From the NCBI GenBank assembly GCA_963808695.1, contig CAWEHF010000026.1, positions 14,161-78,160 on the forward strand: a stretch of 64,000 nucleotides of DNA, in the 5' to 3' direction. Numbering within the stretch: the stretch's first letter is position 1; every line of letters starts with the position of its first letter. Under the pieces are notes generated by a model. It made no database searches. It was not told where the DNA came from and saw nothing but the letters and a program-made list of their open reading frames with translations. Made by a program: the position numbers and the translations under genes. Positions 7,661-16,062 of this stretch are shown one piece after another. This stretch comes from an uncultured Acidobacteriaceae bacterium (GTDB lineage Bacteria > Acidobacteriota > Terriglobia > Terriglobales > Acidobacteriaceae).

Positions 7661-10498
7661 ATGAGCAACAATCCCAAACCATGGATCGAGTCAGTGCATC
7701 TGCATCCCGATGTGCTAAAAGAGAACGCTGAGACCGACATCTTCGCCCTGGATCTCGGCCCGCTGGCCGATGGGTCAGGCACAGTCGCGCCGGTTTACCG
7801 CGATGCCGAATCCTTCTTTCGCGCTTCCTATGTGACCGCAGGACTCAAGTCACTGCTCGATGAAGTGTTGAAACGCCTCGCAGGCAAAGGCGGCGCGCCT
7901 GTGTTGAAGCTGATGACGCCCTTCGGCGGCGGCAAGTCCCACACCATGGCCGCGCTGTTTCATGCGGCCAATAGCCGGAAGGCACTGGACGTATTGCCCG
8001 AGGCGAAGGGGCTGGAGAGCCCCACCGGAGTCCGGGTCGCCGTGGTGGACGGCCAGTTCTTCAACGCCCAGCAAGGCAAAGAGTCCCAGGGCATTCGGCC
8101 GCTGACATTATGGGGTTGGCTGGCCCTCCAACTTGGTGGAAAGGCCGGATATGAGACCATGTGCGCCAACGACGAAGCGCGTGTCTCTCCTGGCGGCGAC
8201 GACCTTGTCAAACTATTTAGCGACAAGCCGAACCTAATCCTGTTGGATGAAACTCTCGAATATCTGATCAATGCAGGCGGCGTGAAGGTTCTTAGCACGG
8301 ATCTCCGAGAACAGACTCTCAACTTTCTGAAGGAACTGACGGTGGCGGCAGCCAATGCGCCTCGGACCGTAGTCCTGCTGGCCCTGCCGTCAAGCCAGCC
8401 GAGTGAGACGCTGCAGCATGGGCAGCTTCTCCAGACCCTGGACCATTTTGTGGGGCGGAAGGACACGCTGCGCGAGCCGGTTGAACAGGACGAAGTTTTC
8501 AAGGTCATTCAAAGGCGACTACTGGAGAAAATGCCCGATGACGCTGTTGCCGGCGCCGCGGCGTCTGCGTTCCAGCAAATCTTCACACAGATGCGGAAAG
8601 CATACGCTGGGAACGCGGCGGAGGAGCAACAGGCTGCCGAAGAGGGCATCCAATTGCGAGACAGGATGCGGCTGGCATATCCATTCCACCCTGCCCTGCT
8701 CGACCTGATGCGCCAGCGGTGGGCCTCCCTGCCGGAGTACCAACGGACACGAGGCGCATTGCGGTTTCTGGCCGCTTGTTTGCGGGCGCAACACAAGGCA
8801 GGTAAGAGCGGAGTGGTACTCGGCCCCGGCGACGTGCTGCTCAATGACCCGGAGGTCCGGCGGGCTTGCATCAAAGAACTCAGCCTGATGAACCGGTATG
8901 ACGCCGTTTTCCAGGCCGATCTGGTAGGTTCAAACTCGCGCGCTGGCCAAATCGATAAACTGAGGGCGAAATCCAACCCCGCAGAAGTGGGAAAGGGGTT
9001 TGCCAGCCGACTGGCCACGGCAATCTTTCTATATTCCTTTGGAGGCTTGCGTCGTGAGGGGGAAAATACAAAGGAAGTGCTGCCTCCGGGCGTGTCCGAG
9101 TCTGACCTTCTTTCAGCTTGCGTCGGCCCAGACCTCGACAGCCTCACAGCGCAGGCGTGTTTGGCGGAACTCAGACGGGCATGTTTGTACCTTCACTTTG
9201 ACGGCGTGCGCTACTGCTTCAAGCAAGACCCAAATGTCACGCTCCTTATCGAGCAAGAAGCGGATGCGGTCGCGCGGGATGAGGCCTCAGTAACCGCAAA
9301 GATCAAGGAGATGCTGGAAGAGAGGCTCGCAGGCCATCACGCTGCGATCGCTTGGCCGGTAGCGTCCGGCGAAATCCCTGACGAAGAGCCCCGCTTTCAG
9401 ATTGCGTATTTACCTCTCGACTTTGCCACCAAGCCACCATCGGAGAAGGAAACCACTGCGCACGAATTCTTGGAGAAGTGCGGAAGCAAGCCGCGGCTAT
9501 ACAAGAACGGCCTTGCACTTGCGATTCCGGCCGCCGATCAGACAGAAAGTCTGCGCCGCGATATCCGCTACTTCATCGCAGTTGACCGGGTCAGCAAGAG
9601 TGCCAATCAGCATAACCTTACCAAGGAACAGAAGGACGAACTTCGCGAGCGCAAGTCCACTCACGAGAGTGCCGCCGAGTCTGCCTTTGTGAAACTGTAC
9701 CCGGAGGTTTGGCTTCCCAAACTCGACCAGGGAAAAATAGCCGTCGAGAAGCTCTCGGCAGGCGGCCGGCCTCTCCAGGCGACCGTCAACGCTAAGCGCA
9801 TGGCCATGATCTTTGAGCGGAGCATGGAACTCCTGACATCAGTGCAGTCTCGTGTCTTCTCGACGCTAAAGTCGACAAAGATCGTCGAACTCTTCAAGCT
9901 CGGAGAGGATCAACCGCCTCGGTTGGGAATACGTTGCAGCGAGGTCGTCAGTGGCTTCTACTCGTTCCTTGGATTCACCCGGCTGACAAACAAAGAGGTT
10001 GTTCAGAAGGCAATTGCCGCTGGTATCGAGAAAGGCGACTTCGGCTACTTCAGTGGGAGCGTGCCGACTCTCGATAGCGCTGGAAAGTATCAGGTCGCCC
10101 GGCTGAAGGTCCGCTTCAATGTTCATGTTTCAGATGACGAGGTTGACCTGGACTCAGGGTTCCTGATGCTGCCTCAATCCATTCCGGACGAGGCCGCCAC
10201 CCAAGCAGCTTCGGCACCCATTCCGCCGGGCACGACGCAGTCGCACGACGAACCCACGCCAAGTCCTGAGCCTGCAGCTGGCCCAGGCCCAAAGGCAGCG
10301 ACAGAAAAGGTCTTCCAGGTGAGCTTCACAGCCGACCGCGACAAGCTATATTCCGCATGGAATGCGGTCGCAAACCTCGCCGACATTGCTGGTAAAGTTG
10401 AGGTCAGCCTACGGGCTGAGTCCGAAACAGGGTTTGACCAGAGCAAGTTGCAGAACGGGGTCATGGAGCCGCTGAGAGAGGCTGACCTGATTGAGTAG
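7661..10498 (+). CDS. DUF499-family P-loop ATPase
   Basis: Walker A MTPFGGGKSHT; Walker B LILLDETLEY. Length 945 aa. P/A-rich linker before a ~60-aa C-terminal domain. GGGGAG RBS in the 9-nt gap after the MTase stop. Confidence 0.85.
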   Translation: MSNNPKPWIESVHLHPDVLKENAETDIFALDLGPLADGSGTVAPVYRDAESFFRASYVTAGLKSLLDEVLKRLAGKGGAPVLKLMTPFGGGKSHTMAALFHAANSRKALDVLPEAKGLESPTGVRVAVVDGQFFNAQQGKESQGIRPLTLWGWLALQLGGKAGYETMCANDEARVSPGGDDLVKLFSDKPNLILLDETLEYLINAGGVKVLSTDLREQTLNFLKELTVAAANAPRTVVLLALPSSQPSETLQHGQLLQTLDHFVGRKDTLREPVEQDEVFKVIQRRLLEKMPDDAVAGAAASAFQQIFTQMRKAYAGNAAEEQQAAEEGIQLRDRMRLAYPFHPALLDLMRQRWASLPEYQRTRGALRFLAACLRAQHKAGKSGVVLGPGDVLLNDPEVRRACIKELSLMNRYDAVFQADLVGSNSRAGQIDKLRAKSNPAEVGKGFASRLATAIFLYSFGGLRREGENTKEVLPPGVSESDLLSACVGPDLDSLTAQACLAELRRACLYLHFDGVRYCFKQDPNVTLLIEQEADAVARDEASVTAKIKEMLEERLAGHHAAIAWPVASGEIPDEEPRFQIAYLPLDFATKPPSEKETTAHEFLEKCGSKPRLYKNGLALAIPAADQTESLRRDIRYFIAVDRVSKSANQHNLTKEQKDELRERKSTHESAAESAFVKLYPEVWLPKLDQGKIAVEKLSAGGRPLQATVNAKRMAMIFERSMELLTSVQSRVFSTLKSTKIVELFKLGEDQPPRLGIRCSEVVSGFYSFLGFTRLTNKEVVQKAIAAGIEKGDFGYFSGSVPTLDSAGKYQVARLKVRFNVHVSDDEVDLDSGFLMLPQSIPDEAATQAASAPIPPGTTQSHDEPTPSPEPAAGPGPKAATEKVFQVSFTADRDKLYSAWNAVANLADIAGKVEVSLRAESETGFDQSKLQNGVMEPLREADLIE

Positions 10499-10728
10499 AA
10501 CAAATGGCGCACCGCACGAGATCATGAGTCCTGACGAAGAGCACGACTGGAAAGCAAATGGCGTGATCTCCTCAGGCGCATTGTCCGTATCAGTCTTGAG
10601 ACGATGAAGATCGTAAACGCACTGCCCGCCTTGGAAGAGGCGGAGACTGTGGCCAATGCAAAGAAATGAGAGGGCACTCGGTTCTTTGAGAAGAGTTCCG
10701 CCGTGCCAACAATAATAGGAGGACACCT

Positions 10729-11268
10729 TTGAAACCGTCCATAGCCATTGCGATGTTGATGACAAGCCTTGTGGTGGGCGCAGCCCAAGAGCCTGTACCC
10801 GAGCCGGAGTTTGCTGAGGTGTTCGTGGCGCTGGATTCCGGCAAGCTGATTCCCCTAGAGCGCCAAACAGCGTCCGTCCAGGGCGGCGGTGGCGGTTTCA
10901 TAGTGGCCAGCGCGAAAGCCGCGTATGTTGTGTCCGGCAATAAGTCTCCTGTGAGATTCCATTCAGGGAAAGCTCTCGACTTCGTTGTTCGCACTGCGAT
11001 TGCATCCACAACCGTGGACCCCAGTACCGTGTATATTCTTCGGAAGATGGAGAGCAAGAAGAAGACCCGCGAGATTGTCTTCTCGTCAGGGCACTTCTAC
11101 CCGGGTGGCGGCTCAATGAATACAAACTTGGCGCAAGGATCACTCCCGGTGACGTTCACCAAATACGGAGCATCATCGATCAAGGTGACGACTGGGGCAC
11201 TTCCTGCGGGTGAGTACGCCCTCAGCCGGGCATCCGCGCTGGACGTATTCTGTTTTGGTGTTGATTAG
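10729..11268 (+). CDS. secreted hypothetical protein (179 aa)
   Basis: TTG start 6 nt after AGGAGGA. Signal peptide MKPSIAIAMLMTSLVVGAAQ. No recognisable domain. Confidence 0.6.
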   Translation: MKPSIAIAMLMTSLVVGAAQEPVPEPEFAEVFVALDSGKLIPLERQTASVQGGGGGFIVASAKAAYVVSGNKSPVRFHSGKALDFVVRTAIASTTVDPSTVYILRKMESKKKTREIVFSSGHFYPGGGSMNTNLAQGSLPVTFTKYGASSIKVTTGALPAGEYALSRASALDVFCFGVD

Positions 11269-11533
11269 TGTCATCCCCAGGCTGGCTTCCCGACGGCCCG
11301 ACGAAGGTCCAACCGAGAGCAATTCACCGCCTTGCCGCCATTTCCCGTCATCTACTTTCAGCCAGTGTTCTGCAACAAAGGCTATCGTGCTACAAAGTCC
11401 GGGAGGACTAAATGTGTGAATCCTGTTAGCGCGCATCTAGTCCGCAGTTGGGGCCCGGAAGGTATCGGTCGGCATATGAAGTGGAGCGCCAATGCCGCCG
11501 AGCGAGCTGTTTCAGGGGGAGGCAGAAGACGCC

Positions 11534-13291
11534 ATGGCATTTCAAGTTCCAATCACAGTTAAAGAGGCTATCGCCAAAATCCATTCGAAGACATACCTGC
11601 TTCCGGCAATTCAGCGCGAAGTGGTGTGGGATACCGCGCAGATAGAACGCCTTTTCGATTCGCTGATGCGTGATTATCCGATCGGTTCGTTCCTGTTCTG
11701 GATGGTGAAGCGGAAACAAACAGGAAAATACCAATTCTATGAGTTTGTTCGCGATTATCACGAACGCGATCACAGCCACAACTCTAAGGCTAACGTGACT
11801 GGCGAGGAGGACATTACCGGTATTCTCGATGGGCAGCAGCGTTTGACGGCGCTTTACGTCGGTCTGCGAGGATCCTTCGCGTTCAAAGCACCTCGCAAGC
11901 GATGGGACAACCCGCAGGCGTTTCCGAAAAGGCATCTCTATCTCAACTTGCGAGGAGCGTCGACGGACGAAAGCCGCGACTTGTTATATGACTTCCGCTT
12001 CCTCACGTCGAAAGAAGTTGAAGATGCTGGGGAGGATTGCTACTGGTATCGCGTCGGCAACGTGCTGGACCTCAAGACTGAATATGAGGTCAACAACTAC
12101 CTGATTGATAAAGGTTTGATGGAGGATCGGAAAACCGGCCAGTTTGCCAACCAGACCCTGTTCAAGCTTTGGACCGTCATTCACAAAACTCAAGTCATCA
12201 ACTATTTCTTAGAGGAAGACGAGCAACTCGACAAGGTTCTCAACATCTTCATCCGAGTGAACAGCGGCGGAACGATCTTGAGCTACTCTGATCTGCTCCT
12301 GTCCATTGCAGCTGCCCAGTGGACAAAATTAGACGCGCGCGAGACGATCACCGCTTTCGTTGACGAGCTAAACGGAATCGGCAACGGTTTCAATTTCAAC
12401 AAGGACTGGGTACTAAAGAGCTGCCTTGTTCTGGGTGACTTTACGGATATCGCGTTCAAAGTCGACAACTTCAATAAAGCCAACATGCTCAGGATCGAGA
12501 AGTCCTGGGAGGAAATCTCTAAGGCTCTTCGGAACGCTACACTCCTGGTCTCGGCTTTCGGTTACAGCCGCGAAACGCTTACTTCAAACAATGCTGTTAT
12601 CCCGATCGCTTATCACTTGCTCCAGAGGGGACTCCCCAACAATTTCGATCAGGCCGGCAAGTACTCCACCGACAGGAAGAGAATCCAGCATTGGCTGACT
12701 TCGGCGCTGCTAAAACGCGTCTTCGGCGGTCAACCGGACAATGTACTTCGCCCAATCAGGGAGGTTCTGAAGGGAGTGTCTGAAGAATTCCCGCTTACGG
12801 GTATTCGGAAGAAGTTCAAGGGCACAACGAGATCCTTGACATTCACCCAGGAAGATATTGAATCGCTGCTCGAGTCCCGGTACGGACAGGGCTACGCCTT
12901 CTCGGTACTCGCACTCCTCTATCCGACTCTCGATTTCCGGAACACATTTCATATCGATCACATTCACCCGAGGTCACAATTCACAAGGGCACGGCTTACC
13001 AAGCGCGGCATCTCCGCGGATGAAGCGCCCTTTTATTTGGACCACGTGGATCTGCTACCGAACCTCCAACTGCTTGAAGGCATTCCCAATCAGGAGAAGA
13101 ACGACTCCGATTTCGACGACTGGTTGAACGAAACCTTGAAGAACAAACAGGGTCGGCAAGCTTTCATGGATAGGAATTACATCCCTGACGATGTCGATCT
13201 CCAGTTCGACAATTTTCCAGAATTCTTTGATGAACGAAGAAAACTAATGTTTGATGCACTATCGAAGCTGCTCAAGCCTGGGGATGAGTAA
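11534..13291 (+). CDS. GmrSD-like type IV (modification-dependent) restriction endonuclease, DUF262 + DUF1524/HNH-like
   Basis: N-terminal LPAIQREVVWDTAQIERLFDSLMRDYPIGSFLFW (DUF262/ParB-like). C-terminal FHIDHIHPRS...LPNLQLLEGIPNQEKND (His-Me/DUF1524). ATG at 11534 preferred over 11492 (GGGGGAGG upstream). Visibly AT-richer than its neighbours. Confidence 0.8.
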   Translation: MAFQVPITVKEAIAKIHSKTYLLPAIQREVVWDTAQIERLFDSLMRDYPIGSFLFWMVKRKQTGKYQFYEFVRDYHERDHSHNSKANVTGEEDITGILDGQQRLTALYVGLRGSFAFKAPRKRWDNPQAFPKRHLYLNLRGASTDESRDLLYDFRFLTSKEVEDAGEDCYWYRVGNVLDLKTEYEVNNYLIDKGLMEDRKTGQFANQTLFKLWTVIHKTQVINYFLEEDEQLDKVLNIFIRVNSGGTILSYSDLLLSIAAAQWTKLDARETITAFVDELNGIGNGFNFNKDWVLKSCLVLGDFTDIAFKVDNFNKANMLRIEKSWEEISKALRNATLLVSAFGYSRETLTSNNAVIPIAYHLLQRGLPNNFDQAGKYSTDRKRIQHWLTSALLKRVFGGQPDNVLRPIREVLKGVSEEFPLTGIRKKFKGTTRSLTFTQEDIESLLESRYGQGYAFSVLALLYPTLDFRNTFHIDHIHPRSQFTRARLTKRGISADEAPFYLDHVDLLPNLQLLEGIPNQEKNDSDFDDWLNETLKNKQGRQAFMDRNYIPDDVDLQFDNFPEFFDERRKLMFDALSKLLKPGDE

Positions 13292-13440
13292 GCTAGCCTC
13301 CGCTGGCAGTGACGCGAGTGTCATGTTTTCTTGCAGCAAAAGTTGACAACTGCATCACTTTCTGGCTGGAACTCGTTCAAAATGAAGACATGAGGTTGCT
13401 CTGGGCCAATCCTGTCCGGTAGAGCGTCAGGAAAGCAAAA

Positions 13441-13461
13441 GGGGCCTGGTTCTCAGGCCCC
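13441..13461. terminator. bidirectional intrinsic terminator hairpin between convergent genes
   Basis: GGGGCCTG-gttct-CAGGCCCC (8-bp GC stem), preceded by AAAA and followed by a T-rich tract. Confidence 0.6.
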
Positions 13462-13483
13462 TCTCGTCGTCTTTCGTTGTCGG

Positions 13484-13945
13484 CTATGCGACCGCCGTGG
13501 TAGGCGTCCGCACATCTTCCGTGGTGGCCCTGAGCGCGAGTAATCCGAAGCGGCCTTCGGCGGTCTTGTAGAACAATGTGCCCTTGCTGGCACGTTTGTA
13601 GAGCATCTGATCCAGGGTTTTGGCCGGCTCGATTCCGTAAGTCTTCTTGATAAGCGCGCGGATCTCGTCCGGTGTCTTCTCTTCTCCGTTGAGGTTGAGT
13701 AAGACGACCCGCGCCATTTCTAAGCTGTTGGGTTGTGCGTTCGGTGAATCCTTACCATCCGTAATTGCCGATAAGGTTACAGTCTGGGGTGAGTAGACCT
13801 GGGGTCGGGTGCTGATAAACCCATCCAGGTCCAAACGCGCTTGAAGCGCGGCATTTAAGGCAGTCTTGTACCTCTCCAGTCGAACGATCTGTTCGTTGAC
13901 TCCTGCCAGTTCCTTCTCTAGTGCCCCGGTGGCTTCTTCTGTCAT
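13484..13945 (-). CDS. hypothetical protein, coiled-coil N-terminus plus HARE-HTH-like C-terminal winged helix
   Basis: 153-aa ORF with ATG. C-terminus MARVVLLNLNGEEKTPDEIRALIKKTYGIEPAKTLDQMLYKRASKGTLFYKTAEGRFGL resembles the HARE-HTH pattern. The domain call is tentative. Confidence 0.5.
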   Translation of the reverse strand: MTEEATGALEKELAGVNEQIVRLERYKTALNAALQARLDLDGFISTRPQVYSPQTVTLSAITDGKDSPNAQPNSLEMARVVLLNLNGEEKTPDEIRALIKKTYGIEPAKTLDQMLYKRASKGTLFYKTAEGRFGLLALRATTEDVRTPTTAVA

Positions 13946-14348
13946 ATACTCTCCGGCGACCAGTTCTCTGGTCTGATTGGATTAGAGCATAGAGTCCTAT
14001 ACTAAGTCAAATACCCTATTGCATGATCGGCGACTGGAGTCTTGTACCCTTCGAGGGTTCAATCTTATACCGAGTAGAATCTTGAATCGATGCGGGTTTA
14101 ATACCCGCCGCGATGCGACGGTTGCTGCGCACGACCTCGTGCCAGAGCCCCATGGCGAAGAGGACCGCTATCAGAGGGATCGGGATGTAGGGACACACGT
14201 CGAGAAGCGTCTGCCAGGTACCCATGCATGTATTCCGTGAGATTCATAGAGACAAAAGACACAAAACAAAAGACATAAAACCATGAGAGTCAGGAACAAG
14301 AAGGGTAAATATGCGGGGCTCTCGCCCCTATCTAGTATAGGAACCAGA

Positions 14349-14555
14349 TCAACGGGTAGACTTGGCAGGCCAATAGAGAGGTGTGACGCCGTATTCTCCG
14401 ACTTCAGTCTCTTCAGTGCTAAACGCGAGCTTGGCGCCGTTGTCGAGGTAGAGAACGGGGTTGTGGGCGGTACCTCCTTTGCCATCGGAGAAGGAGTTGA
14501 GGTGGAAAGCGGTGATTGTACGGCCGACGAGCAGCCGAGCGTTTGCGATAGCCAT
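14349..14555 (-). CDS. small hypothetical protein (68 aa)
   Basis: ATG at 14555 preceded by a GAGGG-like RBS. No domain recognised. Confidence 0.3.
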   Translation of the reverse strand: MAIANARLLVGRTITAFHLNSFSDGKGGTAHNPVLYLDNGAKLAFSTEETEVGEYGVTPLYWPAKSTR

Positions 14556-14616
14556 AGTCCCTCTTGAGGGCAAAACCCCGGAAGCGCATCAACACCACGC
14601 GTGGCGCCAATCCACG

Positions 14617-14754
14617 GCCGGGGTCTCAATCAAGGAAATTCAAGTCCTGGCCGGCCACAAGACGATCAGCATGTCGGCCCGCTACGCACACCTCTCACCA
14701 GAGGTCACAGCATCCGCGTCAGAGCGTCTCGTGCAACCAACAAGCACTGCCTGA
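14617..14754 (+). pseudogene. C-terminal remnant of a tyrosine recombinase/integrase
   Basis: Translation GVSIKEIQVLAGHKTISMSARYAHLSPEVTASASERLV holds the LGH..I..T.RY.H box with the catalytic Tyr. There is no upstream catalytic domain; that space is occupied by an opposite-strand ORF. Confidence 0.7.
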
Positions 14755-14847
14755 CAGAACATGCACCAAAACATGCACCAGAAGAAAATGGCCTCCCATT
14801 TGTGGAGGCCATTTCTATTTTAACTTCTTTATTTCTAGTTGCTTAAA

Positions 14848-14913
<66 letters not shown>

Positions 14914-14924
<11 letters not shown>

Positions 14925-16062
14925 TCAATGACTTACGGACGCTGCTCCCACCAATGTAGCGGATACTGTAGCGGGTGGCAGTCGTTTTCGGCTCGATTAC
15001 GGCGAAATCGCCGGACAGTTGAAGCCGCTCGAAAGCCCGCTCAACTGCCTCCGGGGTTGGATGGATGTACCGCTGCGAAACCACGATGCTGCTGTGACCG
15101 GCAATCCGCATGATGGTAAAAGCATCCACTCCCGATTCTCCAAGCCTTGTAAGCATTGTATGGCGTAGAGAGTGGAGTACGAAATCAGCCGGAAAGAGCG
15201 CCCGCCGCTTCCCTTCGATCTTGGGAGCGCAAGCGTCCCGGTGCAAGTGATTGATTGACGTTCCCAGGTACGGGTTGCCGTCCCGGTTGGCAAAGACAAA
15301 CCCGCTCACCTTGGACCCTTCCCGCTCCCGGAGCATCGCAGCCGCCCGGTCTGTGAGCGGGATAACCCGGCGGGCATTCTTGCTCTTGCCTTCCCTCACT
15401 CGCAGGAATCCGAATCGAGCGCCATTGACCGGCGCAAGCGTAATGTCCGCCCATTCCAGATGCAGCGCCTCTCCGATGCGCAACCCGGATTCCAGCATCA
15501 GGAGTGCAATATTGCACAACGGTTGCGGGCAAGCGGCAAGGTAGATTTCCTCTTGCTTCCGGGAGAGAACGAAATCCCGGACCCGCTCCCCAGTGAGTAA
15601 CCGGATTTTCGGGACGCGCTGAATCTCTCTCCACTCATGGGCAAGCCTAAGCATCCGGCGAAGGGTAGCAAGCTCCCGGTTGACCGTTGCAGGGCCTACA
15701 GCGGCGCGGCGGGCCACCACGTAGCCCTCTATGATTCCCTCGTCTATCCGGTCGAGCCTTGCCCCGGCAATGGGCGGATATTCGAGCAGCCGATTCAGCT
15801 TCGCCGCGTAGAACTGGACTGTCTGAGGCTTGTTCTCATGGCGGGCTTCCACATGGGCGATGAATCGCTTGGCAATGGCTGAAAACATCGGAGCGGCCTT
15901 GCGCGCTTCGATTCCCACTTCGCCTTTAGCAAGGGCGGTACGCTTTGCCGCTTCGATCTGGCGGGCCGTGCGCGGGTTCCCCTGTTTCGTGCTCGCCTGA
16001 ATGTGCTCCCCGTTGAACAGGAAGTGATACCAGTACACGTTGCCGCGCTTGAAAATGCTCAT
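14914..16062 (-). CDS. int: tyrosine recombinase / phage-type integrase (382 aa)
   Basis: Start MSIFKRGNVYWYHF at 16062 (ATGA overlap with the upstream gene). Catalytic residues in LESGLRIGEAL, HSLRHT and IAGHSSIVVSQRYIH. The stop codon lies 10 nt inside the tRNA 5' end. Confidence 0.95.
14955..14977. repeat. arm-type repeat, copy 1 (TGTAGCGG x2)
   Basis: TGTAGCGGATACTGTAGCGGGTG, identical to 21800..21822. Lies 31 bp inside the element from the att core, within the int 3' coding region. Confidence 0.6.
15504..15517. promoter_or_regulatory. palindromic operator-like site, copy inside int
   Basis: GTGCAATATTGCAC. The 19-nt string CAGGAGTGCAATATTGCAC is identical to 21593..21611. Confidence 0.45.

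Larger units (their letters stand above)
1..14847. mobile_element. defence/genomic island remnant flanking the 3' end of tRNA(CAU); left boundary not in window
   Basis: Cluster of defence genes (helicase-MTase-ATPase triad, GmrSD); patchy AT-richer segments; truncated tyrosine-recombinase gene ends 94 bp from the tRNA 3' end. No second copy of the tRNA 3' part found inside the window. Confidence 0.5.

Noticed and set aside
14016-14225. 69-aa minus-strand ORF with one hydrophobic segment
   Set aside because: It could be a small membrane protein, but I saw no RBS and the C-terminal half looks non-protein-like. Left unannotated.
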